From an uncultured bacterium (lineage in GTDB: Bacteria; Auribacterota; Erginobacteria; Erginobacterales; Erginobacteraceae): DNA of 64,000 nucleotides. Both the position numbers and the translations under genes were made by a program. The stretch lies in the NCBI GenBank assembly GCA_964465735.1, contig CAYXKT010000002.1, positions 472 to 64,471 on the forward strand, read 5' to 3'. The notes beneath the pieces were generated by a model that was not told the origin of the DNA, did not search any database, and worked only from the letters and a program-made list of their open reading frames with translations. Numbering within the stretch: position 1 is the stretch's first letter; each line of letters starts with the position of its first letter. Below, in pieces: positions 18,884 to 26,435 of the stretch.

Positions 18884-19777
18884 TTGACAATTCGGGGTCC
18901 GTTCTCCTATTATACAAGTATGAAAGATATTTCTGTCATTATACCGGCTTACAACGAAGAGGCGGGGATCGGGCAAGTGCTGGCGGAGGTGGAGGAAGTT
19001 ATGCGGGGTAGCGGACTTGACTTCGAGATCATCGTGGTCAACGACGGGTCGACCGACCGGACAGCGGAGATTGTCCAGAAGACCGGAGCGGTTCTCCTGG
19101 AGCAGCCGGCCAACCGGGGCTACGGGGCCTCGCTGAAGCTGGGGATCCATCGGGCGAAGTTCGAACGGGTCCTGATCCTGGACGCCGATGGAACCTACCC
19201 GCCGGAAGCGATCCCCCGGTTGCTGGAAAAAGCCGATGACTTCGAGATGGTAGTGGGGTCCCGAACCGGGGAGAACGTTGCCATCCCGGCCTTCCGGCGG
19301 TTCCCCAAATGGCTGCTGAAGAAGCTGGCGGATTACCTGGTGGGGATGAAGATACCCGACCTCAACTCCGGGCTGCGGATCTTCCGGAAGTCGGCGGCGG
19401 AAAAATTTCTTCCCATCCTCCCCGACGGCTTCTCCTTCACGACCACGATCACGGTCGCCTTCCTTTCCAGCAGTCTTCCGGTACACTATGCCCCGATCGA
19501 CTACTACAAGCGTTCCGGGCGTTCCAAGTTCCGCCCGCTTCAGGATACCCTCAATCTTTTAAACCTGATCATCCGGACCAGCCTCTACTTCAACCCCCTG
19601 AAGATCTTCGTCCCTGCCGGCACCTCCCTGCTGGTGGCCGGGTTGGCCCTTCTGGTCCACCGGCTGATCGCCGGGGGGGGAGGGATGGTAACCACGGTGG
19701 TATTGCTGATGGCCGGACTCCAGCTCCTCGCCCTGGGGTTGCTGGCCGACCTGATTGATAAAAGATCCTCCCAATGA
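18884..19777 (+). CDS. GT2 polyprenyl-phosphate glycosyltransferase (ArnC/Dpm1/GtrB-like, membrane-anchored)
   Basis: ISVIIPAYNEEAGIGQVL, IIVVNDGSTD, LDADGTYPPE, and two C-terminal TM helices. The start is either the TTG at 18884 (GAGGAAG 11 nt upstream) or the ATG at 18920 (MKDISVII). Confidence 0.8.
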   Translation: MTIRGPFSYYTSMKDISVIIPAYNEEAGIGQVLAEVEEVMRGSGLDFEIIVVNDGSTDRTAEIVQKTGAVLLEQPANRGYGASLKLGIHRAKFERVLILDADGTYPPEAIPRLLEKADDFEMVVGSRTGENVAIPAFRRFPKWLLKKLADYLVGMKIPDLNSGLRIFRKSAAEKFLPILPDGFSFTTTITVAFLSSSLPVHYAPIDYYKRSGRSKFRPLQDTLNLLNLIIRTSLYFNPLKIFVPAGTSLLVAGLALLVHRLIAGGGGMVTTVVLLMAGLQLLALGLLADLIDKRSSQ

Positions 19778-21195
19778 AGGTTCTTCTGATCAACCCGCCC
19801 CGGGAGAATGAACTGACCGGGAACAATCCGGCCCTGATCGACGAAAGCCGGGGATATAACCCACCCCTGGGTCTGCTTTATCTGGCCGGCTACCTGGAAG
19901 CAAAAACCTCTTATCAAGTCGTGATCTGCGACGCGCAGGTTGAGGAGATCTCCTACCCGCAACTGGGAGAGCGGATCCGGGAGGCCGCGCCCGACCTGGT
20001 CGGACTGACCGCGATGACCTTCACTCTCCTTGACGTGATCAAAACCGCTCGGCTGGTCAAGGAAATCTCCCCTTCCCTGCCGGTGATGGTCGGCGGGGTC
20101 CACGCCTTTCTCTACCCGGAGGAGACCGTTAACCTCCCTGAGATTGATTATGTCTTGAGCGGTGAGGGAGAAGAGAGTTTCGCCCTTCTCCTGGACCGGC
20201 TGGAGAATCAGGGCGACCTCAATACCGTTCCCGGCCTGACCTACCAGAAAGACGGCCGGATCTGTTCCAGCCCAGCCCCGCCGCTCTGCGCCGATCTCGA
20301 CTCCCTCCCCTTCCCCGCGCGGCAGCTCACTCCCTGGCAAAAATACAGTTCGGTGATGGCCAAACGGCAGCCGATCACCACGATGTTCACCAGTCGGGGC
20401 TGTCCCTTCCGCTGCTCCTTCTGCGCCCGCCCCCACCTGGGAAAACAGTTCCGCTACCGTTCGGCTGAAAACGTGGTCGATGAGATGGAAGAGTGCGTAA
20501 AGTTGGGGATCCAGGAATTTCTGATCTACGATGACACCTTCACCGTCAACCGCGACCGGGTGCTGGCGGTCTGTGAGGAGATCCGCCGCCGGAAGCTGGC
20601 GATCGGCTGGGATATCCGGGCGAGGGTGGATTGTGTGGACGAAGAGATGCTAAAGCAGCTTAAAGCCACCGGTTGCGAACGGATCCACTACGGGGTGGAG
20701 GCGGGGACGGAGAAGATTTTGCGGGTCCTGAACAAGGGAATCACCAGGAAACAGGCTCGGGATACGATCGCCCTGACCCGGCAGATCGGGATCGAGACTC
20801 TGGCCTACTTTATGATCGGATCCCCAACCGAGACCCGGGAGGATATCCTGACAACAATCCGGTTCGCGCTGGAGCTGAAACCGGACTTCGTGCATATTAC
20901 TATCCTCTGTCCCTTTCCAGGGACCGCAATCTATGAGCAAGGACTAAAGGAAGGCGTCTTCTCCCGGGACCACTGGCGGGATTTCGCCGCCAACCCGACC
21001 CCCGACTTCTCCCCGCCTTACTGGAATGAGCTTCTCTCTGATACCGAGCTACAGGAACTCTTGCAATTAGCCTATAAAAAATTCTATACTCGCCCGTCTT
21101 ATCTCCTGAAAAGAGCTCTCCAGGTCAGATCTCTGCGGGAGTTTAAAACCAAGTTCAATGCCGGCTGGAAAATTTTCCGGATGAAAAATCGGTAA
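19774..21195 (+). CDS. Cobalamin (B12)-binding radical SAM enzyme (class B)
   Basis: 473 aa. N-terminal B12-binding/Rossmann-like region. CxxxCxxC radical SAM motif in TSRGCPFRCSFCARP. ATGA overlap with the upstream GT2. Confidence 0.8.
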   Translation: MKVLLINPPRENELTGNNPALIDESRGYNPPLGLLYLAGYLEAKTSYQVVICDAQVEEISYPQLGERIREAAPDLVGLTAMTFTLLDVIKTARLVKEISPSLPVMVGGVHAFLYPEETVNLPEIDYVLSGEGEESFALLLDRLENQGDLNTVPGLTYQKDGRICSSPAPPLCADLDSLPFPARQLTPWQKYSSVMAKRQPITTMFTSRGCPFRCSFCARPHLGKQFRYRSAENVVDEMEECVKLGIQEFLIYDDTFTVNRDRVLAVCEEIRRRKLAIGWDIRARVDCVDEEMLKQLKATGCERIHYGVEAGTEKILRVLNKGITRKQARDTIALTRQIGIETLAYFMIGSPTETREDILTTIRFALELKPDFVHITILCPFPGTAIYEQGLKEGVFSRDHWRDFAANPTPDFSPPYWNELLSDTELQELLQLAYKKFYTRPSYLLKRALQVRSLREFKTKFNAGWKIFRMKNR

Positions 21196-21416
21196 GGATT
21201 CAAGACCCCCGATCGGCTTATCTCGTCGGATCCAAATGAACACCCGGAATGCTTTGAACTGATTCACCTGCCGGATAAACTGGCAGGAGCCTGGAGAAAA
21301 TAGGGGGGCCGAAATAGCGCCCCCGGCGGGCTTCTCCGGCCGGAGCAAAAATTCTCAGACTACCAGCAGGTAAAACCAAATAAGCTATTATCGGAAAAAC
21401 GGATAAATTAAATCAA

Positions 21417-23474
21417 ATGGCGAAGAAACGGAAAATACGGCCGGAGGCGACGACCCCGGCAGCGATATCTTTTAAGTACCGGCCGACGGCAAAGAAAATT
21501 ATCACCGGCCTCTTTCTGCTGGCAGTGGTTCTCTCTTTCTTTCTCCGATTCTACGACCTGGAACTTAAGCCACTCCACCACGACGAGGGGGTCAACTCCT
21601 GGTTCTTGCTCAACCTGAAAGCTGACTTCCCCGGCGGCTGGACCTACGACCCCTCAAACTATCACGGGCCCTTCCTCTTCTTCACCCATATCATTCCCCT
21701 GGCCATTTACGAAAGCGTCTTTTCGCTACGCTGTATGGTGGCCCTCTTCGGCTCCCTGACCATCTGGCTCCTCTGGCCGCTGCGGCGAAAAATCGGCCGG
21801 GTCGGGGTAACGGCGGCCGCCTTTCTCCTCGCCATCTCTCCCTCCCATCTCTTCTTCTCCCGGACCAACATTCACGAAATTTACCTGGTCTTTTTCACCC
21901 TGGGGACAGTGGTCGGGATTGTCCGACTCTGGGAGACTAAGAAACCAATTTATCTGATCCTGGCCGTCGCCTGCTGGGCCTGGGTGATCACGGTCAAGGA
22001 GACCTACATCATCACCGCCGGGTCCTGGTTCTGGGCCGCAGTCGGGACCTACATCTGGTTCTCCATCACCCGCCGGAATGACGAAATTCCACCCAAATAC
22101 GCGGCCCGAGAAATGGGGGGGTGGCTGAAGACTCACTATGCGGCGATCTGGTTAGCGGCGGGAGTCTTCGTCCTGATTATCATCATCTATTATTCCTCCC
22201 TCTTCACCAGCCTGAAAGGAACCACCAGCGATCTGATCGAAAGCCTGATGATCTGGCAGAAGACCGGGACCAAGGGTGCCGGACACGAGAAACCTTTCTT
22301 TTACTGGTGGTGGCTGCTGCGGGACTTTGAGCTACCGATCTTCATCATCGGGGTCCTCGGACTCGCTCTGGCGACAGTCCGGAGAAACGCCTTTGCCGTC
22401 TTCTGTGTCATCTGGGCGGTAGTGATGTTTTTAATCCATTCCTCAATCGCCTACAAGACCCCCTGGCTGGCGCTTAACTTTATGCTTCCCCTGGTTCTCC
22501 TGGCCGGTTTCTTCTGCGAGCAGCTTTATCGTTCTCTGAGAAAGACCCCGGTACTGGCCGGGGCGGCCGGAGTCATCTTCGCCGGTGGACTTCTGGCCTG
22601 GGGGACCGGGATCAGCCGGACAGTCAATTTCATCGAATACGACGATGATCGCCATATGATCGTCTATTCCCAGACCCGACGCGACCTCAACGACCTGGTC
22701 GCGGCGATCGAGGAGTACGCCCACGAGCAGGGCCAGGGCTACACCACCGAGATCAAGATCGTCTCCGACGAGTACTGGCCGCTCCAGTGGTATTTAAGGG
22801 AATATCCCCGGGTAGGTTTCTGGGGAAAGGTGCTCCCCGATTCCGATGGACCGATCGTGATCGGCCGTTCCACCACCCGGAACGAACTGGAAAAAGTTCT
22901 CCAGGACACCTACTCCTCCGAACTCTACAGTGTCCGGCCGGGGCTGGATCTTTATCTCTACACCCGCCTCCACCGGGGGAGAGTCCCGAAAGAAGAACTC
23001 CCGGCCCCGGAGCCGATGGGGATAACAAAGGCTGATCTCCAACCGGGACTGGTCGGCAGTTACTTCAACAAGGTTAATCCGGTCGGCCGGGCCGACGATA
23101 CCCGGATTGAGGATCAGTTTGAATTTCACTATAACAGCCCGGCGGAGACCAGGGCCGGGCTCGGGTTTTCGCCGCCCTTAAGCATTCTCTGGGAAGGAAT
23201 AATCGAGATCCCCCGGGCAGGGACCTATGTTTTTGCCACCGAGTCCGACGACGGCTCCTGGATCTTTATCGGCGAGCGGCAGGTAGTCGATAACGGCGGG
23301 GCCCACGCAATGCAGTATCGCTCCGGAGAGATCACCCTGGAGGAAGGGTTTTATCCACTGAAGATCAAGTACTTCGAAGTCGGCGGCGGGGCGGTCCTCA
23401 AGGTCTTCTGGTCCCCCCCGGGGGAGAGCGAGGAGCCGATCCCTCCCGGGCGCCTCTTCCACCAGAAACGGTAA
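21417..23474 (+). CDS. Polytopic membrane protein (GT-C-like, LKPLHHDEGVNSWF motif) fused to a C-terminal PA14 carbohydrate-binding domain
   Basis: 685 aa. About 11 TM helices in the N-terminal 400 aa. The C-terminal 145 aa (GLVGSYFNK...DDGSWIFIGERQVVDNGGAH...GFYPLKIKYFEVGGGAVLKVFWSPPG) matches the PA14 domain pattern. The PA14 part spans about 23040-23474. Confidence 0.6.
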   Translation: MAKKRKIRPEATTPAAISFKYRPTAKKIITGLFLLAVVLSFFLRFYDLELKPLHHDEGVNSWFLLNLKADFPGGWTYDPSNYHGPFLFFTHIIPLAIYESVFSLRCMVALFGSLTIWLLWPLRRKIGRVGVTAAAFLLAISPSHLFFSRTNIHEIYLVFFTLGTVVGIVRLWETKKPIYLILAVACWAWVITVKETYIITAGSWFWAAVGTYIWFSITRRNDEIPPKYAAREMGGWLKTHYAAIWLAAGVFVLIIIIYYSSLFTSLKGTTSDLIESLMIWQKTGTKGAGHEKPFFYWWWLLRDFELPIFIIGVLGLALATVRRNAFAVFCVIWAVVMFLIHSSIAYKTPWLALNFMLPLVLLAGFFCEQLYRSLRKTPVLAGAAGVIFAGGLLAWGTGISRTVNFIEYDDDRHMIVYSQTRRDLNDLVAAIEEYAHEQGQGYTTEIKIVSDEYWPLQWYLREYPRVGFWGKVLPDSDGPIVIGRSTTRNELEKVLQDTYSSELYSVRPGLDLYLYTRLHRGRVPKEELPAPEPMGITKADLQPGLVGSYFNKVNPVGRADDTRIEDQFEFHYNSPAETRAGLGFSPPLSILWEGIIEIPRAGTYVFATESDDGSWIFIGERQVVDNGGAHAMQYRSGEITLEEGFYPLKIKYFEVGGGAVLKVFWSPPGESEEPIPPGRLFHQKR

Positions 23475-23616
23475 CTCAAAGCGAACCTTTCGGGGCCCGC
23501 CAGGAAAGTTGATCTCACTTGACACCGGGACTGAAGATCGGGTATCTTTTAATATCTATGGTTGTTTGCCTGAAACCAATTCCGGAGCCCCCACATTCGG
23601 GGAAAAGGAGGAACAG

Positions 23617-24213
23617 ATGCGGATAAAATCATCGAACAGGGCCAAGCGGTTGGCAACAGTTATCCTGACCGCGATCTTTTTCTCCATCGGACTGGGGGGG
23701 TGCCAGGAAACGGGACCGGAGGCTACAACCATTGATGTCGAGAAAATTATCGACTTTACCGGGGTCATCTCGATTACCCTGCCTTCCGGGGAGACCACCC
23801 GGCTCGCTGTCGGCCAGACCCTGATCCCTCTTCCCGCGGATACTCTGGTCGAGATAGTCTCCGGAGAGTCCACCGGGATGCTGGCGGGAAAGATCATTCT
23901 CCTCCGGGAAGATCAGGTTGCCCGGATCATCCGGCCGGGGGTGACCGCCCACCACGTGATCCGTTTCACCGGGGAGTTGAAGATCGTCCTCCCCGACGGC
24001 ACCGTGATCTTCGTTAAGGAGGGGGATCCTCTGCCCATCCTCCCTGCCGGAACCCGGATCGAGGTGATCTCGGGCGAACTGGTAGTACTCTGGGGCGACG
24101 AGCGGATTACCCTGGTCGCCGGCAATGTCGCCTGGATCGAGTTGCGGCCCAAAGACCGACTGTTGGAACTGGAGAGAGGCGACATCAGCCCGGCCAGCCC
24201 GTTTAGACCTTAA
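23617..24213 (+). CDS. Lipoprotein with an internal duplication (two repeats of about 50 aa)
   Basis: Start ATG 23617 with AAGGAGG 6 nt upstream (the ORF-track start at 23509 is less likely). Lipobox LGGC in MRIKSSNRAKRLATVILTAIFFSIGLGGC. Repeats I.LP.G....G..L..LPA.T..E..SGE occur twice. Confidence 0.5.
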   Translation: MRIKSSNRAKRLATVILTAIFFSIGLGGCQETGPEATTIDVEKIIDFTGVISITLPSGETTRLAVGQTLIPLPADTLVEIVSGESTGMLAGKIILLREDQVARIIRPGVTAHHVIRFTGELKIVLPDGTVIFVKEGDPLPILPAGTRIEVISGELVVLWGDERITLVAGNVAWIELRPKDRLLELERGDISPASPFRP

Positions 24214-24236
24214 AACCTTGAGGATGAGGGCGGCCT

Positions 24237-25430
24237 TTGAAACAGTTCAGATCCTTGAACGCTATTCTCCGAGGTGGGTTGGCTCTGGGACTCTTGCTTC
24301 TGCCGGCCCTTTCGGCTCTCGCCCTGGAAATCGGTTCGCCAGGACACGGCATCAGTCAGGGAAGCCTGGTCATCCATCCCCGGATTCAACTCCAGGGAGA
24401 ATATGACGACAATATCTTCCTCACCGACCGGGACCGAAAACAGGACCTGATCGGTATCCTGGTCCCGGGGGTAACCTTGGAATTCCCCTGGGAGAATAAT
24501 CTCCTGCTCCTCGACTACCAGGCCTTGCTCTATTATTATCGGGACTATCCTGATCAGAACCATCAGGACCACCGCCTCCAAGGTCGGATCAGCCTGCTGG
24601 CCGCCCCCTTCTCCCTGAAGGCGGAAGACACCTTCCTCAAAACTTCCTCTCGGGAAAATACCGACTACACCGACCGAGTAGAACGAATTGAGAATATTGC
24701 CCGAGCGGAGCTGATATATTTGGCAAATAAATTCCAGGTCCAGGGGGGATACGAAAATTATCTCTACCGCTACGATGAGCGACCCTACCGTCCCTACGAC
24801 CATACCGAACACCGGGGAATCCTGACCGGGTTTTATCAGGCAGCGCCCAAGACCAAGGCCCTTCTGGAGTACACCCACTCCCGGATCATCTACCGCGATT
24901 ACAAGGATCGCAACGGATACTACAATGAAGTCCGGGCCGGATTTATTGGGGAGATCACCTCCAAGCTGACCGGGACGGCCAAGATCGGTTACCAGGAGCG
25001 GCGCTACCGGGAAGATTCAATCTGGGACGACTATCGGGGGATCGTCGGCTACGCCCTGCTGGAACAGGTTTTTTCGCCTGAGCACGACCTCCGCCTGGCC
25101 TGGGAACGTTCGGTCCAGGAATCAACTTTTTCCGGCAACAGCTATTACCTGCTCAACCGGGCCTGGATCTATTACAGCCGCCAACTCACCCATAAGATCC
25201 GCGGCTTTGCCCGCCTCCAGTACAGCAACTACCGCTACCCCGAAACTTCCTTGGACCGCGGCGGGAAAAGACGGGATAATACCTGGGAACCGGAGATCGG
25301 GGTCAGGTACCAGGTTCAGCCCTGGCTGGCGGCCGAATTCAAGTACCGCTACCGAAACCGCGACTCCAACTGGCCGGATAAGGATTATTTGAATAACCGG
25401 TTTTACCTGGAAATATCGGCGGCGTATTGA
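24237..25430 (+). CDS. Outer-membrane beta-barrel protein, possibly associated with polysaccharide export
   Basis: 397 aa. Signal peptide ...LLLLPALSALALE. Tyr/Arg-rich alternating strand pattern. C-terminus ...LEISAAY ends in an aromatic residue. Located immediately upstream of wza/wzc-like genes. Confidence 0.5.
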   Translation: MKQFRSLNAILRGGLALGLLLLPALSALALEIGSPGHGISQGSLVIHPRIQLQGEYDDNIFLTDRDRKQDLIGILVPGVTLEFPWENNLLLLDYQALLYYYRDYPDQNHQDHRLQGRISLLAAPFSLKAEDTFLKTSSRENTDYTDRVERIENIARAELIYLANKFQVQGGYENYLYRYDERPYRPYDHTEHRGILTGFYQAAPKTKALLEYTHSRIIYRDYKDRNGYYNEVRAGFIGEITSKLTGTAKIGYQERRYREDSIWDDYRGIVGYALLEQVFSPEHDLRLAWERSVQESTFSGNSYYLLNRAWIYYSRQLTHKIRGFARLQYSNYRYPETSLDRGGKRRDNTWEPEIGVRYQVQPWLAAEFKYRYRNRDSNWPDKDYLNNRFYLEISAAY

Positions 25431-25486
25431 CCCTGAATTTTGGCCCTGAAGCGATTTCAGTCCGGACGATAAAAAAGGAGCACAGA

Positions 25487-25540
25487 CGTTCCTGTCTGTG
25501 GAAGCTGGACCACAGGCAGGAACGTCTGCTACTATGGCCG
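25487..25540. repeat. 19-bp near-perfect inverted repeat (hairpin) between the OMP gene and the Wza-like gene
   Basis: CAGACGTTCCTGTCTGTGG (8-nt spacer) CCACAGGCAGGAACGTCTG, one mismatch. Not followed by a T-run. Confidence 0.6.
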
Positions 25541-25620
25541 CCGGTCAGCCTCCTGATGGGTGAATCCGGAAAATATTTATTTTGCCCGGACAATTTGTTT
25601 TCATTATATGACATCAGAAA

Positions 25621-26427
25621 ATGCTATTCTTACGGAACTACAGGACCAACCGGATAAATCGAGAACTTGGATTTATGTTTTTTAAAAAAAAGTCAATTGA
25701 TACGGCTCCCCAGATCCGGCAGGGAATATTCCTTAATCGGACGGGTTTTGTCTTCACGGCATTGTTGATTACCCTCAGTGGCGCTCCTTTTTTCCTGGGA
25801 GGCTGCGGAGGTACTCCGGAGCCCCAGCCGGGTTCCGAAACCATCGATGACAGGAACTTTTTTTACTCGCGGCCGGACGAAGCGGCCGGGGTGAAGCCAA
25901 AAGCCGGGGAGATTGCCGAACCGGTGGACGAGGGGGAGAGCTACCTGATCAATCCCCACGATCTGCTGGATATCTCCGTCCTCGGGGAGAGCGATCTCTC
26001 GCTCACCGTCCGAGTCTCGGAACGGGGTCAGATTTCCTTTCCTCTCCTGGGAGAAGTCCGGGCGGCGGGCTATTCCCCCCTGCAACTCGAACGACAGCTG
26101 GAAGAACTGCTGGGAGCGGATTTCCTGGTCTCTCCCTCGGTCAATGTCACCGTCAAAGAGTCCGGAACGATCTCGGTCCTGGGTCAGGTCAATAAGCCGG
26201 GGGCCTTCGAGATCAAGGGCCGCCTCACCGTCACCCGGGCGATCGCCCAGGCCGGCGGGTTGACCAGTATTGCCAGTCCTAACGGGACCCGTCTGATCCG
26301 CAGGTATAACGGCCGGGAGGAGACCATCCTGATCCGTTTAAACGATATCCTCAAGGATGGAGACCTGGCCCACGACCTCCCCCTCCGCCCCGGGGATTTG
26401 ATCGTGGTCCCGGAAAGCTTTTTTTAA
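25621..26427 (+). CDS. Polysaccharide export protein, Wza/EpsA family (Poly_export + SLBB domains), lipoprotein
   Basis: Lipobox LGGCGG. Poly_export-like YLINPHDLLDISVLGESDLSLTVRVSERGQISFPLLGEVRAAGYSPLQLE. SLBB-like ISVLGQVNKPGAFEIKG...LIRL...GDLIVVPE. An alternative start lies at the ATG of about 25675. Confidence 0.8.
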   Translation: MLFLRNYRTNRINRELGFMFFKKKSIDTAPQIRQGIFLNRTGFVFTALLITLSGAPFFLGGCGGTPEPQPGSETIDDRNFFYSRPDEAAGVKPKAGEIAEPVDEGESYLINPHDLLDISVLGESDLSLTVRVSERGQISFPLLGEVRAAGYSPLQLERQLEELLGADFLVSPSVNVTVKESGTISVLGQVNKPGAFEIKGRLTVTRAIAQAGGLTSIASPNGTRLIRRYNGREETILIRLNDILKDGDLAHDLPLRPGDLIVVPESFF

Positions 26428-26435
26428 AGGAGATT

